Of a DNA stretch of 64,000 nucleotides, positions 1 to 12,308 are shown piece after piece. This stretch comes from Setoptus koraiensis (lineage: Eukaryota; Animalia; Arthropoda). The notes under the pieces were generated by a model, which was not told the DNA's origin, made no database searches, and worked only from the letters and a program-made list of their open reading frames with translations. Made by a program: the position numbers and the translations under genes. The first letter of the stretch is position 1; every line of letters begins with the position of its first letter. The stretch spans positions 18,414,001-18,478,000 of the forward strand of contig CM106586.1 in assembly GCA_048013815.1 (NCBI GenBank), written 5' to 3'.

Positions 1-43
1 TGCACCGTTGCGCGCCCTTGTGCACGTGCTACGTGCGCCCACA

Positions 44-95
44 CGGCGTAGTGTGGCCAGTCGGCGTAGTGTGGCCAGTCGGCGTAGTGTGGCCA
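44..95. repeat. 18-bp tandem repeat, about 3 copies (CGGCGTAGTGTGGCCAGT)
   Basis: Seen directly. Confidence 0.9.
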
Positions 96-2183
96 ATTGG
101 TTTGGACTCAATTTGCTTTATTGCATTTCCATATGTTGCCAGGGTTTTTGTCGGTAGTGTGTGCGCCGCACAATAATAAACTCGTTCGTCACAAACTGAC
201 CATACTGACCGCTCGCCGCACAACAAGTGCCGCCAGTATGGCCGCCGCTTCGGCCGCCGCTGTTTAAAATCCCGGGTGCACTATGCGCTTGTAACAGACC
301 GTTTGTTTGCCCGTGCGTCACGCGGGCATGTGTGTTATTTGTTGTTCGTTGTTTATTATTCGGGGCTCGTTGCCCGTTATTAGATCCCGTTATTTGTTGT
401 GTGCGGGGCCTCAACGCACCGGCCACTTGAGCAGATTACGCAACATTGAACAAGTGTCGCACAATTGAGCCCAATGTGTCGCCAACCACTGAGAGCCACT
501 GACCACTGGTCAGCGCTGGTCAGCGCTGGCCAGTCTTGCATTGTCGCTGTCGGATAATGTTGTGCGCCCGTTTAGTTATTACATAACGATATAGTTATTA
601 CGCAACTTGCCAGTGTGACACAAGCCAGCGCGACACAAGCCAGTGCGACACAAGCCAGTGTGTTTGTTGGTTGTCACTGTAACACTGTTTGATTGATCAT
701 TCCTGTTTGCGCCGTTTGCCATTAGTGGCGCCGTGCATCATTGGTGCACCTGCACCTTCGCCAACCTATCATTGGTGGCCACCGGCCAGCGCTGCCTACC
801 GGATAAATTGATCAGCTGCCGGCGACCATTAGCTCGCCATCGAGCTGATCAATTTATCGATATCAATATATTCGATATTGTTGTCAGTGTTACTTGGTAG
901 ATTGCTCACTCGGTAGTTGGTGGTGTCGGCCGGTTAGCGGCGCTCTTTCTTCGATTTGTCAATTGATATCATATCAACATGCTTGCTGTAATTCACTCTT
1001 GGCCCTCACCACTGCCAGCGCCACCGCAAACGCCTTCCCGGCCGGGCCCCAATCACTCCAATTTACTCACAAAGCGTGTCAACTGTGGGCCTGTCAGTCA
1101 CAGCTGTTTGGTGCAAAGTGTCACTCTTCTGTTGTATGCATTCTTATGTAACATGCATATATTATGCAAATAGTGCGTTTATAAATAAACTTGACGCTGC
1201 TTACAAATAAATTGGCTACTAATTGACAATAAGCGAACCTTTGTCAGCTCGTCGTGTCCACTGGCCGCGAGCAACACGAGCACTCGTGTCGCTTATCCAT
1301 TCAGTCGCCTCTTGTGGCGCTAATTAGCTGCCGACAACAAACCTGTCACCAGCTAATTAGCTTCATCATTAGTGGTTGATTAGCAGCCCACTATTAGTGC
1401 AATTTGTGCAATTACCGGGCACCAATAGTCTATTGGCAATAGAGCACGGCGTAGAGTTGGCAAGTATCGTTACAACTTGCAACCAAATCACCATGTGCAG
1501 GTGGCCCCCTCGCGGCCGTTTGTGCAAGCTCGTTTAGTTGAGTCTCGAGTAGCCGACTCACTGTGGTTTATGGCATAAACTTAACTAATCTTGCAAGTAA
1601 CAAAGTATCACAGCTCGTCGTAAGGGGTACATAAAATGTTTTAAATTAACCCTTTTCTCTCACTCGCTTGTCTCGACGAAATGAAGTTAGCCAATGCTCA
1701 TCAGTCGTTGTCGGCCTCGTTGGGGCGCCCGAGCGTCGACGGCGATAATTGCTAGACGCTCGCACGTCGATCAGCGTCATCCGGCAGGCATGAGATACAT
1801 GTGTCAAGCAAAGATACACGCTGTCTCCGGAGCGTCATTGGCTCGCCCGACAAGCCAACAGCGGCAAGCTCCCATCGACGAGCTCCCATCGACAAGCTCC
1901 CATCGCCAATCCAACCGCGACAAGCTAGCAGCGACAGGCTCCCGTGGACAGGCTATCAGCGACGAGCTCCCATCGACAAGCAAGACAGTTTAAACTTGGT
2001 AGTTTAAATTAAACTTCAAATCGAGCTACCAATGTAATTAGTTTGCGTAAGCAATTAATTACATTGGCGGTCGGGTTGTCGCGCGGGCCGGCTGATCGGC
2101 CGAGTTAACTCTAGCGGGCGCTGCCTTCAAAATGGAAGTGAGCACATGACGGCGCTCACGTCCGTGTCACGTCGAGCACCAAG

Positions 2184-2307
2184 TGCGAACGCCCGCACTG
2201 CGTCGAGATCCGCGACTCAATGCCGCACCCTGGTCGGCGACGAGCTTGACGCGCGGATCCCGATGCGGCGTTGACTCGCGGATCCCGACGCAGTGCGGGC
2301 ATTCGCA
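2184..2307. repeat. 44-bp imperfect inverted repeat with 36-nt spacer (foldback)
   Basis: Seen: arm 2184-2227 versus arm 2264-2307, 4 differences from perfect complementarity; no target-site duplication. Confidence 0.85.
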
Positions 2308-2545
2308 GCGGAGGACAGCGGTTCGCTTGTCGCTGTCGGAGAGCGACACATCCGAGACAGACGCATATTTGTGTTGGCCGCCTTGCTGAAAAATAAAAAG
2401 TGATTAATGGGCGCATTAATTGAGCAAGCGAGAGTTGCCAGCAGCGAGCGAGTTGCGGCGCCCGCAGCCAGTTGCGTAGCAACGCACCGCGACAAGATAC
2501 CCGGCCGTGTGTTGTGCGAGATTGCGCGCCGGCTGGGAAACTGTC

Positions 2546-2925
2546 CGAGTATCCGATAGAATGCGAGTATCCGATAGAACGCGAGAATCCGATAGAATGC
2601 GAGTATGCGATAGAATCGGTTTGCCGGCCGGCAGTTTGCGGGCGCCGCTCGTCCCGCAATTTGCGCGCGCGGTTTATGCTGGCGCCGACACACGCGCAGC
2701 GTCATTGGCGAGCCCGTCGATATAGGCGCCGCGGCGGCCCGGCGGCCCGGCAACCTCGACAACGGGCGCTGTGAATTACGGTCGCCGTTGCGGCGCGCCA
2801 TGTCCGCAAAGTGCCCATATCGCGGACGCAATGTGCCCACATCGCGGACGGATATTAGCGGACGGATATTAGCGGACGGACATTCGCGGACGGACATTCG
2901 CGGACGGACATTCGCGGACAGATAT
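2546..2925. repeat. Two minisatellites: 18-mer CGAGTATCCGATAGAATG x~4 (2546-2616) and 14-mer GCGGACGGACATTC x~6 (2844-2925)
   Basis: Seen directly. Confidence 0.88.
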
Positions 2926-3702
2926 CGGCGGCCGATGTGAGCGAAGTGTTTAAACTTTGCATTGTCGTCGCGACATTCACGCTGCGTGCGATATCGGCAG
3001 TTAGCGCGACAGTGTGGGCGATATTCACAGTGTGTATAAACATGATAAATAATGGATAATATCAGTGCAATGACGAGCACGCCATCGTCGACTCGATTAC
3101 CGATATTGCCTCGCTGTCAAAAGTCATGTGTCGGCCGAGTCGGGCGGCCTCGGCGGGCCGCCGTTGATAAGCTCGACTTATCGCCGTTGCGAGCCAGCCA
3201 ACGGCAGCCAACGACGGACCCCCCAGCGCTCCGGCCCCCTAGTTGTCGTTTCTTTTTTGAATTTCTCTCGAATCACGCGAGCTCCCTCGCGCAGCATGAT
3301 AAATGGTGAACGTTGACGCCCCCGCTGCGACCGTGCCGCCGAGCCGCCGACGAGAGTCGAGCCGCTGCAGTCGAGCTAGAGGCGCCTTCAAATCGGCAGA
3401 CAGATAACTTCTATCTATCTGAGATAAGGCAAAACGAGAGAGCATAAAACGAGCCTTTCCATGTAAAACACTCGGCTTGCGTCGCCACTTTTGCGTGTCG
3501 CATCGCTGGCTGTTTCGAGGGGGCTCGCTTACACTTTGGCGCTGGCCGGGCGCTGCTTGCGCGCCCCTTCGCGCTTGTTTGTGTCCCGCTTGAATATCCT
3601 GAAACACGGATATTCTCCAGATATCGAAAGCGAGATGTTTAATGCGCGATATTCAATGCGCGACATTGAAAGCGCCAAATCGAATGCGAGACATCGACTG
3701 CG

Positions 3703-3810
3703 AGACTCCGAACGCAAGACTTCGACGCAAGACTTCGACGCAAGACTTCGAACGCAAGACTTCGAACGCAAGACTTCGACGCGAGACTTCGACGCGAGAC
3801 TTCGAACGCG
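3703..3810. repeat. 13/14-bp tandem repeat TTCG(A)ACGCAAGAC, about 8 copies
   Basis: Seen directly. Confidence 0.88.
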
Positions 3811-4955
3811 GGGCCTCCAGCGACACTTTTCGAGCCGACACCTCGAATTGGCTGCTCACACGGCCCGCTGCAATTGATGGCGCGCTCGACAGGCATTTTG
3901 TTTGCCGGGCCGCTCATTTGTCAGCCGCTCATCATATTTGCCGGCTGCGCCCCCGCAGGTCGGCGATGCCCCCCCTATGCGAGCGTGTCATGCGATCGTC
4001 GGTCGAGCATCTCATTTTTATCGCATTTTTATCGCATTATCGTCGCATTTTAGCCGCATTTAGTCGCATTTAGTCGCATTTAGTCGCACTTAGTCGCGTT
4101 TTCGTGGCATTTTAGCCGCATTTTCGTCGCACTTTGGTCGCGTTTTGGCCGCGTTCTCGGCGCGTTTCTGTGCAGTCAGTCACCTCCGATGGGCGCCATC
4201 GATGGCTCGTCAGCCGCAAATTGATTTGTGCCAACGGGAGCCATAAATGACACTATTATGTGACACCACGGCACGACATTATAAATGCGGGCCATCATGA
4301 TACGAGCCAGCCAGCCAGCGGGGATAATCGCAAGCCCAAGGCCGGTCTATTGCGTCTGAGCATTGAGCATTGTTGTCTTTGGCACGAATCAAAGTCGCCA
4401 ATCATGTCGCATGCGATGGCAAACTTTGATCCCTCACAAATTGTTGGTCGCTATTCTCGGCAGTCGCGAATAATCGCCTCAGTTGGGGCCCTTATCTGAG
4501 CCGATTCAGGAGACAGATTTATCGCTGGCGTCATCCCAAACAATGCACAGTTTTGAATTGGATAAAGCCACTCGGTGCGCTTGACAAACTGACAAAAAGA
4601 TGCTGAGCCCCAGTCCAGTCTGGTCCAGTTAAGTCTTAGCTTGACGCGCTCACAAGTGGGCGCCCAAAAATCTTGGCCAACTGACTGGACTCGAAAAGAA
4701 TCGCGTGTCTCGCAATTTGCTCTAGTCAGCTCAAGCTTCAGTTTGAGGGCCCGGCAGATAGGGGCGCAGTGGCACAGGCGTTGCGGATAAATCTAGCGCG
4801 ACATAAATCAACAGTTACACGCCATTTGATGACATTGTGTGTTTTTTGAGGGCGCCACTAGGGCAACATCATGAGACGCTGCTCGTGCTGGGTACGTGGC
4901 GATTATTACACACTTCAGACTCTGGAGTCCAGAGGGCCGACTGGCCACTGCGCTC

Positions 4956-5050
4956 TCGGGCCGCTCGCCAGCTAGCTCCTCGGGCCGCTTGCCAGCTAGC
5001 TCTTCGGGCCGCTCGCCAGCTAGCTCCTCGGGCCGCTCGCCAGCTAGCTC
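4956..5050. repeat. 24-bp tandem repeat x4 (TCGGGCCGCTCGCCAGCTAGCTCC)
   Basis: Seen directly. Confidence 0.92.
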
Positions 5051-6033
5051 GCCGGCACCCATAGCGCACCAGTGGTGCACTTAGCAGCGGTGCTGTGGGT
5101 AAGTGCTCGCGACGCCCCAGGGGGTGCCCGCACTCAAAAGAGCGCGGGCCCGGGTGCAACGCGATACCTAACGGCATCATTGTTTACACAATATACAAAA
5201 ATAAGTTGCTCGCTCGCTCGCTCGGTGATGCAACGATCAATTTCCAATATACAATTTCCTCACAATTTCCAGCCTCTCCCACGGCTCTGCGCAGCGTTAT
5301 GTGCCCTGGGTTACGTAATGTGCCCTGGGTTACGTAACGCACTATGTGGAACCCCTTTCGCGAGCCAGCTCGTGGGGCCAAGATTCTTTGCCGACTTTTC
5401 TTTCATTTTGCGTTGTGGCGACGACGTAAAATGAAAGAAAATAAAAGTGGTTGCTTTGTGCGTTTGTTTGCTTGGCTCGCCCGACACACACACACACACC
5501 CTCGCGAGAATGGAGTCTATTTACCACTTCCGGTGCTGGCTGTCGGCAAGGGACTTGCCCGTGTGGCTGTCGCTCTTCGCCGGCGCCATTTCGCGGCGCC
5601 CGCGAACTGAAGCTCGAACACCGAAGAGCTGACTGGAGCAATATAAGCGCCCACTGCCAGAGCGGGCCAGTTTGTTGTTGATATATCGCGCCGGCAGCAA
5701 TGCGCCGACGGGCCCTTTCCGCGTCGTATCATTTGTTGGCCCCAGGGATATGGCTGGCGCTAATCTGAAAATCAATGAGAGGAGCTTGCGATAAACGCCA
5801 CCGTACGGTACAAAGTGTGCACGACAGTCCGCTATACAAAGAGTGCGCCACTGTCGCTATATTTGACATGGGCGATTTATGTATTTATATATTTACATAT
5901 TTATCCGCCTCGGTGATATTATCGCTGGCGCAGCCGTTTGAATGACTGCATAATAAACATAATAATAAATATTCGCCTCACTAATCGGGACAATCTTTTT
6001 TGTGTTTCCTTGGGCGAAAATTGTTGTTGCAAC

Positions 6034-6331
6034 ATGGGCACAACAACATCGTCATCATCATATCGACAAATATCGACGATATCGCTACTTTTGGCTATCG
6101 CCTATAAACTTTTGGCGTGCGCGCCCAATGTAAACAAACGACAACAAACGACAGGATGTAAGTATGAGAGGGGCGAGTGGTCGGCCACTTGCCAAAACGG
6201 ACTGAGGAGCCGACTGGACAAGCTGATAGTGGAACAGAAGGAGGCCGGCGCGTCTTACGTAAGCAAAAATTGTCAGCCCAGCAGAAAAGTGACCAAAAAA
6301 TGCAAGAACGTCTGCCATTACATAAAATCAG
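6034..6331 (+). CDS. miple: Pleiotrophin/midkine-family secreted growth factor (miple-like), coding exon 1: putative signal peptide plus first PTN/MK C-type domain
   Basis: Seen: ATG at 6034, hydrophobic stretch ISTISLLLAIAYKLLAC, then C-KYERGEWSAT-C-QNGLRSRLDKL...C-QPSRKVTKK-C and C-HYIKS; donor G|GTGAGT at 6332. Knowledge: C-x-Y-x3-W-S-x-C...R-x-R...C...K-x-C is the PTN/MK C-terminal domain, present in tandem in arthropod miple proteins. Caveat: an alternative acceptor ACAG|GA at 6154 means the true N-terminus could come from an upstream exon. Confidence 0.88.
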
Positions 6332-6472
6332 GTGAGTATAAGTGACAATTGAGCGTGAGTTGAGCGACGCTAGCGCTCGCTAGCGATCAACTTGCGCCCC
6401 TCAATAGTGATAGTACTAACACTATTAAGTAATTGACTAACTCAATTGTGATAATTGTAATCTTGTCGCCAG

Positions 6473-6921
6473 ACTGGTCGGCGTGCAAGGACGGCGTCAG
6501 GCAACGCACCATGACACTGGACGAGAGCAAATCCTTCACAGATCGCGCCTCTAGCGGCCAAGCCGCCACCGATGCCACCGACAACGTTAGGCAGCATCAG
6601 TGCGAAAAGGTGAGGACCATCAGCAAGCCATGTAACGGTAACAATCAGCAGCAGCAGCAGCCTCGTTCTAGTCAGCAGCAGCAGCAGGCAGTTGGCACGG
6701 CCACAACCACGGACAACAAACAGCAACTTCCGGTCAGCAAAAACAAATCAACCATGAAAACAATCATGCAACAGAGGCGACGCCAAAAGCAACTGCAGCA
6801 GCAGCAACAACAACAACAGCAACAACAGTCAACCACAACAACGGAACAATCCAAGCAGCAAGCCCAGAGCAGTAGGCAGAAATTAAAAAAGGCCACGCCG
6901 GCAGTGAAGACGCGACGCTAA
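6473..6921 (+). CDS. miple: miple-like coding exon 2: second PTN/MK domain, polyQ tract and basic tail
   Basis: Seen: CTAAC branch-like motif near 6437 and acceptor CCAG| at 6472. The phase-1 join G+AC restores C-HYIKS-D-WSA-C-KDGVRQRTMTL...C-EKVRTISKP-C. Stop TAA at 6919-6921. Joined CDS is 747 nt, in frame; the intron (6332-6472) is 141 nt. Confidence 0.9.
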
Positions 6922-6964
6922 TTCAATATATAAATCACATTACATAAGCGGCAATTGTCATTGA

Positions 6965-7232
6965 TCAACACATCACCGGCAAACATTGTACAGCAAGTAA
7001 CAACTCGTGTGTACATAGGCACTGAGACTCAGAGACCCAGGCCCTGACACGACAGTCAATATTTGGGCCCTCAAACACAAGTACACAAAAGAATCGCCCA
7101 GTGGGTATCGTGCGCGTTTCGGCAAGCGACGCGATGTTGCGCGATATCGATTGCATCATAATTGAGCGAAACGAATGCAGGCTATTCGAACCGCTATAGA
7201 CTGGCAGTGGCACTTGGAAAGGTGGTGTGTGA
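6965..7232 (-). CDS. Candidate terminal exon paired with 7376-7548
   Basis: Seen: TTTTATTTTTAAAG| acceptor at 7233-7234 is phase-compatible with one open frame of the upstream exon, giving ...ERPTFHTPPFQVPLPVYSG...GRFFCVLVFEGPNIDCRVRAW...VMC*. An alternative acceptor at 7213-7214 fits the other frame. Function unknown. Confidence 0.27.
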
Positions 7233-7375
7233 CTTTAAAAATAAAATCGCTCTATATCTCAATCTCTTATCCGCCATCTCGTGTGTCGTTTCAATAGCTC
7301 GGTATTTTTCCATTTCCATTTCCGTTTACTGCTATTGCATTTATTGCTGTAGCTTCTCTGGCGAACGTCACTCAC

Positions 7376-7548
7376 AATGTAGGCCGCTCCACAATCGATT
7401 CGACTGTTCGAATATGGCGCCCTCTAACAAATGTTGTAAGCCACAAATGATACATAGGATCATGTTTGTTATAATGTTGCTTGCCAAGCTCGAGTTGGCG
7501 ACCGAAGCAATCAATTGGCCTCGATTCGCGGACAGCTCCGCCTGGTGT
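7376..7548 (-). CDS. Candidate internal exon of an unidentified gene convergent with miple
   Basis: Seen on minus: CTAAC (7574-7578), TTTTAG| acceptor (7549-7550), 173-nt exon open in two frames, |GTGAGT donor (7370-7375). No family recognised. Confidence 0.35.
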
Positions 7549-10500
7549 CTAAAATTTGAAGCGTTGTGAATTGGTTAGAACTGGCAGCACCGGATGGCGC
7601 CGCCAGTTGCAAAACAGTGCCCTCAAGTTAGGAGTCACACAACTCTCTTTTTAAAGGGTGTTTCACCACAACTTTTGCACAGTCTTTCCAACCGGAAGTG
7701 GGCACTCTCCCCAGCCAGAGCAGCCAAATGTGAGCCAATGTACAGCCGTGTTTGCCTTTTAAAAGTTTCATAAGACAAACACGGCCGTGACTAGAGAGCA
7801 GATCAGCAGCAGCAGCAGTGGGAAATGAGGAGCAATTTGCACGCGTTTTATCACTGGCTAATGGGCGACCGATATCCGTTTGGGACCGATAAAACGCGCG
7901 TCATCGATCGGCAAGATTGGCGCAGATTGTAAGCGACAGATGGAAATCGATCATTGAAAAAAATGGTATCGGATACTAATTTGACACTCAAACAACAATA
8001 AGCAATTGAGCTTGTTTTAGCAGCGTCGTTTGTTGTGCCCGTAACAGTGTTTGCTCGATAGCGAATTTGGAGTGACACGGAAGCCGCCGGGTTGCGGTTT
8101 CGAAGGTGGCTGATATTTGGCACGATCGCAATCACAATTATTGTGCTATTATTGTGCTATTATTGTGCTGGCAACCGCAATCAACGATATTGTAATGGCC
8201 AAATAAATCATGGCGATAGGCGATAAAGCAAGAGATAAATACAGAGATTTATTTGGTGCCTTTCATGCGCTACAGCACGAACCCGTTGGCGGAGCCGACG
8301 ATGATTCTGCGAATGATTTCTCGTTATCGGATTACATTATGCGCGAACAACATTTGTGCTAATGCACTAACCAAAAGTCGACTTTCTTCTATTTGCAGTT
8401 GGCTGTTTGCGTTTGCCAGCAGCCGGCGAGCGATTAGCGATTGCCATTCAATTTTTTATCTATCCGACAGTCGTCTCAACACAGACGAAAGTGGCAAGTC
8501 GTTTTGTCAGACCGGCGCCTTTGTCAGTCAGTCGGGCCGGCGATACTCGCGGATACTCGCAGATACTCGCAGCCAGCCAACGCGCGCCCGATGCGAAACC
8601 GCCAGAGAGTGTGAACGTTTTGCTAATAATAATAATGTTGCTAAACTAATAATTTTTGCTAAATGTTTCATGATCAGATCGACTCGATTTCTCTCAATTA
8701 ATGATCTGGCAATAATCGGGCTCTAATTAGCTGGCAGACCTTGAATGAAACGGCCCGCTCGCCGTTGTTGTTTGCCAATGTTGCGCTGAGCCACCAGTTG
8801 CCGATGCAAAACACGTCTTGGCGCCCTCCTTTTCTCGCCGTCGCTTTAATTGGCGCTAACAAGCTCGTATTAAATTACAACTATTCACATATATTTATAT
8901 GTGTATTCTGGATAAACAACTGGATGCTTGCGAGGAGCAACAATGGTGCGATGATGGATCGAAACAGCGTCGGCGCTCGCGAGCTGTCATCCGCAAGCGG
9001 ACGCGGCTAATTGCCCGCGACAACAATGGCAAATTTGTGGATTCATCCCACTGCAAACGCGCCAATAGCACTGTCGCAGGCCATTGATCGGCCCGGCCGC
9101 CGATCGTGGCGCCCAAGCGGGGCCGTCGTGCGATTCGGGCGATTCCGGCGACCTGGGCAATTCGGGCGATTCGGGTTGGCGTGCGCGAGCCGCCGACGTA
9201 TTGTGTGAGTGCTCGCCGGAGAAATTCCGGCCAGAACCCGGCTGAAATTGTGGCCTAAAATGTGGCCGGAATTTGGGGAAAAGTGTGGCCAAATGTGGGG
9301 AAAACTGCGGCCAGATTAGGGGGAAATGTGGCTAAAATAGAGGAAAATGTTACCGAATTTGGGCAAACATTGCAAAAAATCAGATTTCAGCCGGCGGCTC
9401 GGACGCCCAACGAACGCCGAGCTGCATGCTAATGAACGTTGAGTGACAGCGCCACTCGGCCAGATATCCACAGGTAGCGGCACTCCCCCGCCGCAGAGCG
9501 TTGTTGTCATTTGTTGGTGCGACGGGGTGACGGTCAAGTTTGGCCAAGTTGATCGTCGTGGTCAAGCGGTGAAAAGCTGCGGCTCGCAAGCGTTTAAGAG
9601 CTGTTTATTGGCGTCGCCGCTTGCACCACAACCGACACCGCAGCCGACACCGCAACCGACGCCGCAACTAACGGCCATTCAATTAGCGCCCTGATTTAGA
9701 GCTTCGTTTATTTATTTCATGCGCGTCTCGGGCGGCATCTATCCGTTCGGCCCGGCCCGGCTTGCGGGTAATGGCCGCCTTATGGCAGTCAGGCGCACTG
9801 TTGTGTATTAATGGATTACTGGCCGGCCGTGTCGCCGCGCAACATATTTATATCTGGCATTTATAAGAGTAAATAGAGTTTTGTTTGGCGTTATCTTTAT
9901 CGTTTGCGGTTTACACTTTTCAAGCGCACCAACGGCGGCTTACCAGTGGCCGTAAAACCGCTGCCGAGCACAAGCCGGCAACGGGCCGGCCAGTGGCGAC
10001 CCGAGCGCCAGCGCAACATAATAAAACGAGATAAATCGAAGTGAAATAAAATGAGCGATAATGCGAACAACATAATTGAATTGATAATTTAACGAAAGCC
10101 GCCGACACACGAACGAATGGGCTGAGGCAAAAATAATAAATCTATTATCATTAGCAACACCAACATAAACAGTTTATAAAGTATGACTAAACTGACCACT
10201 GGCAAACACAACACCGTTGTTAATGTATGATAAATGTGATAATGACACTGCAACGCTGTTGCATCACAACATGGCTGCAAATAGTGTTTTTGATGAATAG
10301 ATAAATAGAGTTAATAACTGGCCAACTTAACCTAATTCTAGCCTTGCAGCGGCTGCGATGGCTTCGATCACGGCTCACACAACAAACAAACAAACACAAC
10401 GGCATCACAGGCAGGCCAACATGGCGCCGATATTGCGAAAATCATCGCTAAATCACAGTTTGCACAGTCGGACGCTCAGGTGATTATGTTACGTAACGGG

Positions 10501-11436
10501 CGGTGTGTTTTGTCGGTGTAGCGCTAAATGAGTGTGTTACACCGACAGCACACAGTTGACTCTATTGACCGCTCGTTTCCATTAATCTGTTGACTCTCGC
10601 CGGCCGGGCCCGGCCCGGCCCGCACAAACACAGGCCGGCCGCGCAAACTCAGGCCGGCCGCACAAACACAGGCCGGCCGTTGGCAAGACCGCTGGCCGGC
10701 GTGAGCTTGCTTGCGCAAACAAACTCGCCAGCCACTGATGGGCGATATTTGCGATATTTCCACAGCAAGACAAGAGCCGTTTCAGTGTGCTTGCCAGGAC
10801 ACGACTGACTAACACAATTAACTGTCGCGCACTGGCCATTGTTTGATCGCTGATCAACAAATATTTGCAGGCCAATCGACCGTCTGTCGGTGGCCGGCGG
10901 GCCGCCCCTCAGGGCAGCGGGCCGTCTCTCGGGGCAGCGGGCCGCTTGTCGGGACACTGGGCAAGGCCCGACCAGCGCTGCTCGTTGCGGTGGTCAGAGC
11001 CTGTGACAACTGTGCAACCATCTCCGTGGGAATCTGGCCGATCCGCCGCACGCGGCCGGCCGACCCGCCGACGCAGCCGCGCTACCCGCCGGACGCAAGC
11101 GGCCATCCGGGCAAGCGGCCATCCGGGCAAGCGGCCGGACACAAGCGGCCGGACACAAGCGGCCGGACACAAGCGGCCGGACACGACAAGCTTGCGGCAC
11201 ACAATTGCATAGGTGACGGGCGCTTGTCAAATTGTGGCCGCTGACAGCGGAATGCAAATTAATTGAATCGACATGATCTAGATAACGCAATGATGAACTA
11301 TGGCACTGGAGCGCAATTGACCAGTTGACAGCCAGTTGGCCAACTGGGCCAAATTAAAAATTACAAATTGCAAACTGAAGATTGCGCAAATTGTGCGTTA
11401 TAAATTATAAATTATAATAAATTATTAAATCGCCGC

Positions 11437-11524
11437 TATACATGAGCTATATATGAGCCATGTATGAGCCATGTATGAGCCATGTATGAGCTGTGTATGA
11501 GCTGTGTATGAGCTGTATATGAGC
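11437..11524. repeat. 11-bp tandem repeat TGTATGAGCYR x~8
   Basis: Seen directly. Confidence 0.88.
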
Positions 11525-12225
11525 ACGGCTTCTCAATCAATTATCCGGCATCATATTCAGGCCATTCTGCAGGCCATTTTGTGGGCCGCAAGTGATTTGG
11601 TGGGCGCCCAATTTGAGTGGCGCGCGAAGGGTATCAATTAGTTGGTTAGTGTCTCATTTTGTTATCATTTCGTTGCTCGTCCGTCGTGTGTCCTTATCGG
11701 GCTTTATTTCGTTTCGTCTCGTCTCGTTTCGTTTCGCTTCGTTTTATTTCTTCTCGTCTCGTCTCATTCCTTTTCATTTCTTTTCGTTTTGTGCCTTTTT
11801 CACTCTCAACTTGAGAGTCTCGAATCGTCGGCCGACAGATTGTTGGCCAGACCAGGCCTGTGCATCCGTCAGCGGGCGATGATGGATGCACAGTTGCGCT
11901 GCGATCAACAAGTGTGCCAACCGTTTTTCATTGAATACTACTGAATACGTAATACAAGCCAACATTACAACTGTATCAAGCGTAATCGCACACCGTCCGC
12001 AAGCGTGGGCGTACGGCCACATCCCATGCCAAGACAGCTCAGCCGAGATGGCTCACACAAACGGATAAATATCGTCGGACTAGACTCACTGGCTCGACGG
12101 TATAATCGCGTTAACGCTATTCATGTGGCTATTCATACGCACATCCACGTTTAATAACGTATACCCATATATATATATATACATTTGATATGTAACATAT
12201 CACAATTATATTTACGTTATTATAT

Positions 12226-12308
12226 ATGGATATTGCATGGATATTGTATGGATATTGCATGGACATTGTATGGATATTACACGGATATTACATGGATATT
12301 ACATGGAT
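12226..12308. repeat. 11-bp tandem repeat ATGGATATTRC x~7
   Basis: Seen directly. Confidence 0.88.

Noticed and set aside
2156-3080. 287-aa and 167-aa minus ORFs
   Set aside because: Translations are dominated by the 18-mer and 14-mer tandem repeats and the foldback.
6158-6163. GTAAGT inside miple exon 1 as a donor
   Set aside because: Using it would remove the conserved C-K-Y...W-S motif; it is the coding TGT-AAG-TAT.
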